Below are positions 1 through 7,432 of a DNA stretch of 32,890 nucleotides, piece after piece (position 1 is the first letter of the stretch; every line of letters begins with the position of its first letter). Source of the DNA: an uncultured Candidatus Saccharibacteria bacterium (GTDB lineage Bacteria > Patescibacteriota > Saccharimonadia > Saccharimonadales > JANWIN01); assembly GCA_964469975.1 (NCBI GenBank), contig CAYYAF010000002.1, positions 1 through 32,890 of the forward strand, given 5' to 3'. The translations under genes and the position numbers were made by a program. The notes under the pieces were generated by a model. That model was not told where the DNA came from and did no database searches. It saw nothing but the letters and a program-made list of their open reading frames with translations.

Positions 1-17
1 GCTCTTCCCAAACCAAC
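1..17 (+). repeat. Right-end fragment of the dispersed intergenic repeat family (copy D), truncated by the window edge
   Basis: GCTCTTCCCAAAC at 1-13 matches the right end of copy B (GCTCTTCCCAAAT, 5842-5854). It lies just upstream of rpsR. Confidence 0.35.
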
Positions 18-33
18 CTAAGAAAGGATTATA

Positions 34-234
34 ATGGCAAAGATTTTTAAGCAAAAAACAGATGTAGCCTATTTTGACTACAAGGATTTTAAAACCTTAC
101 AGCGCTACGTTAATGTTTATGGGCAAATTGAGACTCGCAAAAAAACCGGTTTAACCGAAACTCAGCAGCGGCATTTAGCCAAAGCTATCAAGCGTGCCCG
201 TCACATTGCGCTGTTACCGTTTGTAGCAAATTAA
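34..234 (+). CDS. rpsR: 30S ribosomal protein bS18
   Basis: 66-aa ORF. YFDYKD..TLQRYV..YGQIETRKKTGL..QQRHLAKAIKRARHIALLP is the canonical S18 pattern. Confidence 0.9.
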   Translation: MAKIFKQKTDVAYFDYKDFKTLQRYVNVYGQIETRKKTGLTETQQRHLAKAIKRARHIALLPFVAN

Positions 235-247
235 CTAGAATATAACT

Positions 248-676
248 ATGCGCGAGATGGCAATTTCTATATGCCTCATAGAGCGGGGGAATAACTATAT
301 TCTTCAGCTCAGGGAGGGCGAAGGATTGAATGGTGGAATTGGGCTAGTTGGCTGTTTTGGTGGGAGTATTGAGCCGAAGAAAGATAAATCTGCACAACAA
401 GCCGCATTAAGGGAAGTCACAGAAGAAACATCTTTAACGCCGGATCTTGACGATATTGAGCGTTTAGGCAAAGTTGAAGTGATATCTGATCGTGACAGCC
501 AAAAGGTAAGAGTGAAAGCTGATGTTTTTAGGCTAATAATTGGTGCTGACGTAGAGGTTATTCCTGCAGAAGGAAAAATTGTTGAGCTACCAATGGGTGA
601 CGTGATAAATAACATGAACACTATGACTCCGGCAACTAGAGCTATGTTTAATGAATTAATTTTAGGAGATAATTAA
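248..676 (+). CDS. Nudix-family hydrolase
   Basis: GGSIEPKKDKSAQQAALREVTEETSL aligns with the MutT Nudix box (GGKIEMGETPEQAVVRELQEEVGI). The REVxEE core is present, the spacer is 2 residues longer, and the last G is S. Confidence 0.7.
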   Translation: MREMAISICLIERGNNYILQLREGEGLNGGIGLVGCFGGSIEPKKDKSAQQAALREVTEETSLTPDLDDIERLGKVEVISDRDSQKVRVKADVFRLIIGADVEVIPAEGKIVELPMGDVINNMNTMTPATRAMFNELILGDN

Positions 677-1239
677 TGACTTTTGGGGTAACTGACCTTA
701 AAAAAGGCACGATTTTTCAGCTGGATGGTACACCGTACCGGGTAGTTGAGTATGCTCAAAAAGTTATGGGCCGCGGCGGCAGTATAGTAAACGTTAAAAT
801 CAAGAGTTTAACTGATGGCAAAGTACTAGATAAAACCTTTAAAGGTAATGAATCTATTGAGCCAGCCGCTGTTACTAATAAAAACGTTCAGTATCTGTAT
901 AGTGACGGCCAAGTGCTGCATTTTATGGATGAAACCACCTATGAACAGTTTGAGCTGCCAGTAGATACTATGGGCGATCAAATTGGTTTTATGAAAGAGA
1001 GTGATCAAGTTCAAGCCCAGTTATTTGAAGACAGGGTAATTAATATTGAGTTGCCCAAAAACGTACCACTTAAAGTTACCTACACTGAAGATGCGGTAAA
1101 GGGTGATACCAGCAGCGCAATTACAAAAGATGCCAAGCTTGAAACTGGTATAAAGATTAAAGTGCCAGCTTTTATAAAAACCGGCGATTTGGTAAGCGTA
1201 GATACTACAACCGGCGCTTATCGCGAACGCGTAAAATAA
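676..1239 (+). CDS. efp: Translation elongation factor P
   Basis: 187 aa, full-length EF-P pattern (DLKKGTIF.LDG.PY.VVEY..K.MGRGGS.V.VK.K.L..G). The ATG overlaps the upstream stop (TAATG). Confidence 0.92.
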   Translation: MTFGVTDLKKGTIFQLDGTPYRVVEYAQKVMGRGGSIVNVKIKSLTDGKVLDKTFKGNESIEPAAVTNKNVQYLYSDGQVLHFMDETTYEQFELPVDTMGDQIGFMKESDQVQAQLFEDRVINIELPKNVPLKVTYTEDAVKGDTSSAITKDAKLETGIKIKVPAFIKTGDLVSVDTTTGAYRERVK

Positions 1240-1243
1240 TATT

Positions 1244-1750
1244 ATGCCAATTCAGAATGAACTTGTAGATGTGCCGCGCAAAAAGGAATACATAATAGCT
1301 TATTTACTGGAACCACTGACAGAAGATACTAATTTTGGCCGCTGGCCACTTCATATAACACTTATTCCCTGGTTTGAAATAGATAAATCTGACAAGGCCA
1401 AGAATGTAGTACGAAAAATAAGCAGTTCCCATAAGCCTTTTTCAACAACTGTGGGGGAAAAAGCACTTTTCGGATCTGACCATAACATTGAAGTATATGT
1501 GGTTAAAGAGAAACAGCCGCTTAGGACTTTGCACAATGCCCTAGTCACTGAGCTTAAAGCGGCAGGTGCTAATTTTTTGGACATAAAATATATGAACGAT
1601 AATTATAATCCGCATATTACTAAAAAAAGCTATGCAAATGTACAACCAGGCTATCAACTTAAAATAAGTAAAATTCATCTTATAGAAGCGCCAATTGGCA
1701 ATAGACTTACTAGGCTAAAGAAAGTAGTAGCTGTAGGTAATTTGAGGTGA
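1244..1750 (+). CDS. 2H phosphoesterase superfamily protein (2'-5' RNA ligase / LigT-like)
   Basis: Two HxT motifs (HITL near the N-terminus, HITK near residue 125), about 85 aa apart as in 2H enzymes. Size is 168 aa. Confidence 0.5.
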   Translation: MPIQNELVDVPRKKEYIIAYLLEPLTEDTNFGRWPLHITLIPWFEIDKSDKAKNVVRKISSSHKPFSTTVGEKALFGSDHNIEVYVVKEKQPLRTLHNALVTELKAAGANFLDIKYMNDNYNPHITKKSYANVQPGYQLKISKIHLIEAPIGNRLTRLKKVVAVGNLR

Positions 1751-2463
1751 GAAACCGTCTTGACCAAGAGCTAGTTAGTCGTGGCTTGGCGCCTACTCGC
1801 AGCCAAGCTGAAGGTTTCATAAAACTTGGTTACGTTAGTGTAAATGGAAAAGTAATTACTAAATCGGGGCAACAGGTCAATTCTACAGATAAACTTAAAC
1901 TATCCATAAAAGAGCAATATGTTAGCCGTGCTGCCCTTAAACTTGCCTCAGTAGCTAAAAACTTGAAACTAGATTTTAAAAACAAAGTAGTTTTAGATGT
2001 TGGTTCAAGTACTGGTGGGTTTACCGACTTTGCACTTAGGCAATCAGCAAAAAAAGTCATTGCAGTTGATGTTGGTAGTAAGCAAATGAATCCTCAACTG
2101 ACTGCCAATGAACGCGTTGAACTGCACGAACAAACTGACATTAGAAACTTTGAAACCAAACAGGCAATAGATATAGTTTTAATAGACGTTTCTTTTATAT
2201 CTACACGCTTAATTTTGCCACACATTAAAAGATTAATTGGCCCAAATTCTGATGTTATTGTAATGGTAAAACCACAGTTTGAAACCAATGAAAATAATCA
2301 AAAAAACAAGGGTGTAATAAAGAACGAAAGAGTTCGAAGACAAATCCTAAAAGATTGGGAAACTTGGGTACAAAAATTATTCAAAATTGTAATAAAGGCT
2401 GATTCAGCCGTTGCTGGCGAAAAGGGCAATGTAGAGCGCTTTTATAAGCTTAAGCCGTTATAG
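1747..2463 (+). CDS. tlyA: TlyA-family rRNA 2'-O-methyltransferase (S4 domain + FtsJ-like MTase)
   Basis: N-terminal RLDQELV.RGLA.TRSQA...I..G.V.VNG (S4 RNA-binding). This is followed by YVSR...KL and a VLDVGSSTGGFTDF SAM-binding motif. GTG start overlaps the upstream stop. Confidence 0.85.
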   Translation: MRNRLDQELVSRGLAPTRSQAEGFIKLGYVSVNGKVITKSGQQVNSTDKLKLSIKEQYVSRAALKLASVAKNLKLDFKNKVVLDVGSSTGGFTDFALRQSAKKVIAVDVGSKQMNPQLTANERVELHEQTDIRNFETKQAIDIVLIDVSFISTRLILPHIKRLIGPNSDVIVMVKPQFETNENNQKNKGVIKNERVRRQILKDWETWVQKLFKIVIKADSAVAGEKGNVERFYKLKPL

Positions 2464-2475
2464 TAAACTGTAGTT

Positions 2476-3129
2476 ATGTATTTTAGAAACCGCATTGAAG
2501 CCGGTAAAGAGCTGGCCGAAAGGCTTGTTAAATACAAAAGCAACAATACAACCGTAATGGCCCTGTCTGATGGTGGTGCGGTTATTGGGCTTCAAATTGC
2601 CGCCAAACTTCATTGTGCTCTAACTTTGCTACTAACTGCACCCATTGAAATCCCGGGTGAAATAGACCCGCTAGCAGTAATTGATCAAGACGGCATTTTT
2701 ACATACAACCATAAATATTCAGGTGGTGAAATTGAAGAATTTGATATGGAGTATCATCACTATATTGAACAGCTCAAACTAGAAAAACTGCACAGATTAC
2801 ATCAATTAATAGGTAAAAACGGTATTATCCGTAAAGATTTGTTAAGAGATCACACCATAATACTTGTATCAGATGGTTTTAGTACCGGTTTTTCATTAGA
2901 AGCCGCAGTAGAATACTTAAAATCAATTAAAGTAGGCAAACTTATAGCAGCAACACCACTGGCCAGTATAGCCGCGGTTGATAGAATGCATATTTTGACA
3001 GATGAAATAGTATGTTTAAGTGTAGTAGACAACTATATAAATACCAACCATTATTTTGATGATAATACTTTGCCTGAACACGATAAAATCATGCACACCA
3101 TAGAAAACATTGTGGCCCACTGGCACTAA
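2476..3129 (+). CDS. Phosphoribosyltransferase-like protein
   Basis: F.NR.EAG..LA..L N-terminus and a PRPP-loop-like IILVSDGFSTGFS motif, typical of predicted PRTases. Confidence 0.55.
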   Translation: MYFRNRIEAGKELAERLVKYKSNNTTVMALSDGGAVIGLQIAAKLHCALTLLLTAPIEIPGEIDPLAVIDQDGIFTYNHKYSGGEIEEFDMEYHHYIEQLKLEKLHRLHQLIGKNGIIRKDLLRDHTIILVSDGFSTGFSLEAAVEYLKSIKVGKLIAATPLASIAAVDRMHILTDEIVCLSVVDNYINTNHYFDDNTLPEHDKIMHTIENIVAHWH

Positions 3130-3145
3130 AGGTGGCTGAGCCAAT

Positions 3146-3231
3146 ATAAGACAAACCTACGGTTTTTCTCATCGCGCGGGGCACGGAATGAATCCGCTGC
3201 TCCGGCTTCTCTTTTCCCTTATTTTCCCTTA
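3146..3231 (+). repeat. Dispersed intergenic structured repeat, copy A
   Basis: GGTTTTTCTCAT (3161-3172), then an 8-nt spacer (CGCGCGGG). Next is a 7-bp hairpin with one bulge (3181-3187 / 3193-3200), a 3-nt spacer and GGCTTCTCTTTTCCC (3204-3218). It ends in a tandem TTTTCCCTTA x2 (3212-3231). It sits between convergent genes. Confidence 0.6.
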
Positions 3232-3232
3232 T

Positions 3233-3880
3233 TTATAGATAAGAACGTAGTGTTTTGGTATCCAAAACAGTTATATAAGGCGGATCAAGTTTTATAAGAC
3301 CTTTACGTTCTAGGTAGGCCAGTTCGCGGCTGGCTGTTTCGCGGCTAGCGTTAATAGAACTAGCAATATCTTGCTGTCTAAGCGGCACATTAATATAAAT
3401 TCCACCATCTTTTTTATCGCCAAAACGTCTAGACATTGTTAAGAGGTAAGAAATTAGGCGTTCACGTACCGAGCGGTACTGCAAATTAAGAATTCTCTCT
3501 GAGTGGCGCCGGTAATTTTCAATTGCCATGTCTAATACCGGAGGCAGGGCATCAGTGTGGCTTTGTAAATATTTCATATACTCTTCGCGGCTAATACGCC
3601 AAACCACGGTTGGACTTAAAGCTTGATAAATAATGCTGCGTTCTTGGCCGGTAGTAGCCCAGATAAGCGGGAATATCTCTTCTTTATTACGGATAATTAA
3701 AACGTTTTCTTCACCATATTTACTGATGTTAAATGCCTTAACTAAACCCTTCTCAATATAAAAAATGCCCGGCGGTTTTTCGCCGGGTCTAATGATGTAT
3801 TCACCCTTTTGATAGGACAATTTTGTCCCGCGCTTAAAAGCTGCTAACAGTGCCGCAACTTGTTTAGGGTTGGCAAGCAT
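3233..3880 (-). CDS. Crp/Fnr-family transcriptional regulator
   Basis: N-terminal cNMP-binding beta-roll pattern (Y.KGE.I...GE....IFYI.KG.VK). C-terminal HTH has a CRP-like recognition helix (SRETASRELA..L...GLI). Confidence 0.85.
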   Translation of the reverse strand: MLANPKQVAALLAAFKRGTKLSYQKGEYIIRPGEKPPGIFYIEKGLVKAFNISKYGEENVLIIRNKEEIFPLIWATTGQERSIIYQALSPTVVWRISREEYMKYLQSHTDALPPVLDMAIENYRRHSERILNLQYRSVRERLISYLLTMSRRFGDKKDGGIYINVPLRQQDIASSINASRETASRELAYLERKGLIKLDPPYITVLDTKTLRSYL

Positions 3881-3919
3881 ATTTATATTTTTTCATAAAA
3901 TGCCCATAAATACAAAAGG

Positions 3920-3935
3920 TGTGATAAAAATCGCA
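3920..3935. promoter_or_regulatory. Candidate Crp-type operator TGTGA-N6-TCGCA
   Basis: TGTGATAAAAATCGCA matches TGTGA-N6-TCACA at 9 of 10 half-site positions. It lies in the divergent intergenic region between the Crp-like gene and the 4009 gene. The regulator has the R-E-x-x-x-R recognition-helix residues. Confidence 0.45.
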
Positions 3936-4008
3936 CCTATTTAGTGACTAAAGTAACTGTAAACTTCTTATGTAAAGTACATTATGAAGATGTAACAAGG
4001 GAGGCCGT

Positions 4009-4689
4009 ATGAAATCGTTAGGCGAGATTGAACATCAGCTCAGTCGCCTGGGTATACATAACCGCTTTGTAGGTAAACCAGAAGTTCGTGAATTAGCTAA
4101 TGTAATGGCCCCCGATGAAGTAATCACTAACGCTTCTAATGGCCGTTATGACGGCGGCTTTGCCATGCTGGTAGTGACAGACAGAAGGTTGCTTCTAGTT
4201 GATAAAAAAATGTGGTACTTAAGCCTCGAAGATGTACGTTTTGATATGATTTCAGAACTAGATTACTGCGCTAGGTTACTAGATTCGACACTAACAGTCA
4301 GAACCATTAATAAAGTGCTTAACTTCACATCCTGGCACCAAAAACAGCTAAGAGACCTGACTTCATACCTGCAAGACAAGATAATGGAGCTTAGGCATAT
4401 ATCAATGTCACAATCGCAAGATCAGGTAAACAATATGGCGTTGCAATCTACTCAAGTACAACAACAGCCACTACCGCAACAACCAGCTATTCAAGCACAC
4501 GATATGCAGCAACCAGAACCTCAGCAAAATTACGATTTTGACGCTCAACCGCCTGGAATTAATGTGCCTCAGCCGGCACAGAGGCCACAGTTTAGTTCAC
4601 AAATTAACCCACGGCCTCTTATCCGGTTTAAAAGGATAGGGGCCTACCCAACGTCTTCTTTGACTATGAATCGCCGTTTTTCTAGATAA
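4009..4689 (+). CDS. Bacterial PH-domain (bPH_2/YokE-like) protein with a Q/P-rich C-terminal tail
   Basis: L..L...E.V......G.......LVVTDRRLLLVDKK.........V.F..I pattern. The C-terminal ~90 aa are Q/P-rich low complexity. GGAGG RBS upstream. Confidence 0.5.
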   Translation: MKSLGEIEHQLSRLGIHNRFVGKPEVRELANVMAPDEVITNASNGRYDGGFAMLVVTDRRLLLVDKKMWYLSLEDVRFDMISELDYCARLLDSTLTVRTINKVLNFTSWHQKQLRDLTSYLQDKIMELRHISMSQSQDQVNNMALQSTQVQQQPLPQQPAIQAHDMQQPEPQQNYDFDAQPPGINVPQPAQRPQFSSQINPRPLIRFKRIGAYPTSSLTMNRRFSR

Positions 4690-4715
4690 CGTTTGACAGG
4701 CTAATTAATTTTAAA

Positions 4716-4744
4716 TTGACTAATTAGCTAAAATTTGTTATAAT
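4716..4744 (+). promoter_or_regulatory. Sigma70-type promoter: TTGACT, 17-nt spacer, TATAAT with extended -10 (TGTTATAAT)
   Basis: TTGACT at 4716-4721 and TGTTATAAT at 4736-4744, about 35 nt upstream of the 4779 ATG. Confidence 0.55.
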
Positions 4745-4778
4745 ATATCTGTTAATACAAAACAAAAATTAAACAAAA

Positions 4779-5744
4779 ATGGCCCATACAAGCTCTACAA
4801 TTTCGCATGATCATTTGGCGTATTCTCATTCGCCTCAGGTTGTAAATGTTCAACACTGGCCGTCTAATAAAAGTATTTATGCTACTAGAACTTTGGTTGC
4901 CGGCATGCTTATAAGCGGCATCGTTGTAGCTGCTAATTACACAGTTAATTTACGAAATAGCTTAGCGGTGCCAATAATAACTGATACCGCAGATACTAAA
5001 CCAATTATTAACCAAGTTGAACCAAGCAAATCAAAGCCGGTTTCAGTAGTAGCTGAACCGAAGATTCCAATAACAAAAGATTTGCAGAATTTATTAAATA
5101 AATGGCAGACCGACTATAAAGCAGGCCAATACGGTGTAGTTATTAAGGAGTTAGGTGGTAGGAAAAGAAACGCCAGTTTAAACGCCCATACTCAATTTCT
5201 TACAGCTAGCCTATATAAAGTATTTGTGAGCCAGTACTTATACAGCAAAGTTGAAAGCGGTCAGCTAAGTTTAAGTGATTATATGGGTGGTTATAACGTT
5301 GGCAACTGTTTAGAACAAATGATTGTAGTTTCCAGCAATGCCTGCGGTCATGGGTTGGGTGTGGCAATAGGGTGGGAAAATTTGAACACGCATGTCCACA
5401 GCTTGGGATTTAAAGAAACCACTATTTCGGAAACTAAGTATACATCCGCCGGTGACATGGCCAAGTTTCTTGAAAAATTACAAGGAGGTACTCTTTTAGG
5501 GCGTACTTTTAACGCCACATTAATAAATTATCTGAAACGTCAGATATATAGGAATGCCATACCAGCCGGTGTACCCGGCATTTCTGTGGCCGATAAACCC
5601 GGTTATTACGGCTACTATTGGCATGATGCTGCCATCGTTTACCACCCCAAAGGGGCTTATATTTTAGTTGTTTTGTCGCGTGGCAGTGGCAATTATGCCA
5701 TTAGGGATTTATCAACCCGGGTATCAAATTATTTTAATAAATAA
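4779..5744 (+). CDS. Membrane-anchored serine hydrolase, class A beta-lactamase-like
   Basis: N-terminal TM segment. Motifs SxxK (SLYK), SxN (SSN) and a KTG-like KPG appear in the correct order and spacing. Confidence 0.6.
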   Translation: MAHTSSTISHDHLAYSHSPQVVNVQHWPSNKSIYATRTLVAGMLISGIVVAANYTVNLRNSLAVPIITDTADTKPIINQVEPSKSKPVSVVAEPKIPITKDLQNLLNKWQTDYKAGQYGVVIKELGGRKRNASLNAHTQFLTASLYKVFVSQYLYSKVESGQLSLSDYMGGYNVGNCLEQMIVVSSNACGHGLGVAIGWENLNTHVHSLGFKETTISETKYTSAGDMAKFLEKLQGGTLLGRTFNATLINYLKRQIYRNAIPAGVPGISVADKPGYYGYYWHDAAIVYHPKGAYILVVLSRGSGNYAIRDLSTRVSNYFNK

Positions 5745-5752
5745 CTTAATTA

Positions 5753-5856
5753 ATGAGACACCCATGCGCGACCCCATAAATGGGGCCCTCCGGCTTGGGT
5801 TTCTCATCACGCAAGCAAAATGGTTCACATTTTGTCTGGCTGCTCTTCCCAAATCC
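5753..5856 (+). repeat. Dispersed intergenic structured repeat, copy B
   Basis: ATGAGACACCC (5753-5763) pairs 10/11 with GGGTTTCTCAT (5797-5807) and encloses a small CCCCA/TGGGG hairpin. Then come an 8-nt spacer, a 7-bp hairpin CAAAATG/CATTTTG (5816-5822 / 5828-5834), a 3-nt spacer and GGCTGCTCTTCCC (5838-5850). Confidence 0.6.
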
Positions 5857-5895
5857 TAGACGTTGAACCTAAACTCAACCACATATAGCTTCTCG

Positions 5896-5931
5896 CCAAG
5901 AAGGCTTAGTTTTGAGGAATGGCCTTCTTGG
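5896..5931. terminator. 10-bp inverted repeat between convergent genes (possible bidirectional terminator hairpin)
   Basis: CCAAGAAGGC (5896-5905) and GCCTTCTTGG (5922-5931) are perfect complements with a 16-nt loop. There is no clear U-tract. Confidence 0.35.
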
Positions 5932-5975
5932 GTTCTGCATATAATCTCACTAACCGTTCGATTATCATTTGGTTG

Positions 5976-7106
5976 CTATTTACTTACGTTAAATCTAAAT
6001 TCTACAATATCATTAGGCCTCATTATGTAGGTTTTGCCCTCTAGGCGAACTTTGCCAGCAGCTTTGGCGCTGGCTAGCGAGCCGGCAGCAACTAGATCGT
6101 TATAATCAACCACTTCAGCAGCAATAAAACCACGCTCAAAATCGCCATGAATTACACCAGCTGCCTGTGGGGCAGTAGAATTTTTTCTTACAGTCCAAGC
6201 TCTAACCTCCTTTTCACCGGCTGTCAGATAACTTTGTAAACCAAGTACGTCATAAGCCGAATGGATTAGTTGAATAAGCCCACTTTCGCTCTGACCATAA
6301 CTTTCTAACATTTCTTGGCGATCGTTTTCGTCTAAACCGTTTAATTCGCTTTCAAGTTTGGCGCAAACAAATAGAGCTTGACTTGGCGCAACGAGACTCT
6401 TTAACTCAGTTTTTTTTGCTTCGTTATTCAATGCGGCTTCGTCTACATTAAATAAATAAATTACTGGTTTAGCAGTTAGCAGTTGCAGTTCTTGGAGCAA
6501 TGCTTTTTGTTCTAAACTTAAATTTTCGAGATCAATTTTTTGATTTAACGGTGTTCCTTCGTTAAGCGCTTGCTTTATTTCATTTAAAAAATCCAGTTCA
6601 GGCTTTAGTTTTGGGTTAGATTTGGCCAACTTTTCTAATTGTGGCAAACGGCGTTCCACTGTTTGTAAATCGGCTAAAACTAGCTCGGTGTTGATAACAT
6701 CAATATCTTTTTTAGGGTTATGTTCGTTATCTACATGCTGAACATTGGCATCTTCAAAGGCTCGTACCACCTGAACAATAGCATTGACGGTTCTAATGTG
6801 GGCTAAAAACTGGTTGCCAAGACCTTCACCTTTACTGGCACCAGCCACCAGGCCGGCAATGTCTATAAAATTTACAGTAGCGGGTTTTATAGGTGCATTG
6901 TTATTAAGCTGGCTCAATTTTTGTAACCGCTCATCTGGAATGGGCACAATACCAGTATTTGGTTCAATAGTGGCAAAAGGATAATTTGCCGCCAAAATGT
7001 TGTTATTTGTCAGGGCATTAAAAAGGGTAGATTTACCAACATTAGGTAATCCTACAATCCCAATAGATAAACTCATAGGTTGTATTTTAGCAGTAGATGA
7101 TGACAT
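5976..7106 (-). CDS. ychF: Ribosome-binding ATPase YchF (Obg-like GTPase family)
   Basis: GIVGLPNVGKSTLFNALT G1 motif, DIAGLV..AS.GEGLGN.FL G3 region, and C-terminal TGS-like domain (RAWT...G..AP.AAG.IH.DFE.GFI.AEV). Confidence 0.92.
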   Translation of the reverse strand: MSSSTAKIQPMSLSIGIVGLPNVGKSTLFNALTNNNILAANYPFATIEPNTGIVPIPDERLQKLSQLNNNAPIKPATVNFIDIAGLVAGASKGEGLGNQFLAHIRTVNAIVQVVRAFEDANVQHVDNEHNPKKDIDVINTELVLADLQTVERRLPQLEKLAKSNPKLKPELDFLNEIKQALNEGTPLNQKIDLENLSLEQKALLQELQLLTAKPVIYLFNVDEAALNNEAKKTELKSLVAPSQALFVCAKLESELNGLDENDRQEMLESYGQSESGLIQLIHSAYDVLGLQSYLTAGEKEVRAWTVRKNSTAPQAAGVIHGDFERGFIAAEVVDYNDLVAAGSLASAKAAGKVRLEGKTYIMRPNDIVEFRFNVSK

Positions 7107-7136
7107 CTATAGCGCTTGTGCTATTATTTAACTAAC

Positions 7137-7430
7137 ATGGCTGGGCCAGATAAACAGGAAATTTCCCAAGTTGTAGTTGATGGAAAAGCGGTGGCTAAAA
7201 AGAAACATCGCCCCCATAACTTTAAGCCGGTGCTAATAATAGCTATGTTTTTGATTTTACTAGGCGGTTTAGGTTATGGTGGCTATTATGGCTACACTCA
7301 CTATTTACAAAAACCAAACCAAAATATACCTCCCGAGCAAAACCAGCCGCCAGGCACCATTAAGTTTTACAATGAGCCTCCACCGGGCTCCCCCTTTAAG
7401 CAAAAAAATAAACCAGCGCTTACGGGATAA
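7137..7430 (+). CDS. Small single-pass membrane protein with a P/Q-rich tail (function unknown)
   Basis: ORF with a basic stretch, one hydrophobic segment (VLIIAMFLILLGGLGYGGYYGY) and a proline-rich tail. The ATG at 7137 is preferred over the TTG at 7116. It abuts the next gene. Confidence 0.4.
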   Translation: MAGPDKQEISQVVVDGKAVAKKKHRPHNFKPVLIIAMFLILLGGLGYGGYYGYTHYLQKPNQNIPPEQNQPPGTIKFYNEPPPGSPFKQKNKPALTG

Positions 7431-7432
7431 TA

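Noticed and set aside
304-621. Antisense ORFs of 60-124 aa opposite well-supported genes. Examples: 304-621(-), 1351-1584(-), 13661-13930(-), 22011-22385(+), 25541-25897(-), 26390-26743(-), 28476-28820(-), 28955-29260(-).
   Set aside because: Each lies wholly inside a longer ORF on the other strand that has clear family motifs. Their translations are low-complexity or odd in composition and lack RBS or start context. These are typical shadow ORFs.
5668-5859. 63-aa + strand ORF overlapping the 3' end of the serine hydrolase gene and running through repeat copy B.
   Set aside because: It is out of frame with a well-supported gene for half its length. The rest translates the structured intergenic repeat, and there is no RBS.
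5940-5945. TATAAT box on the + strand downstream of the 5896-5931 hairpin, pointing into the 3' end of ychF (possible antisense promoter).
   Set aside because: There is no good -35 box, and the TG dinucleotide is misplaced by one base for an extended -10. There is no + strand gene downstream. In AT-rich DNA such hexamers occur by chance.
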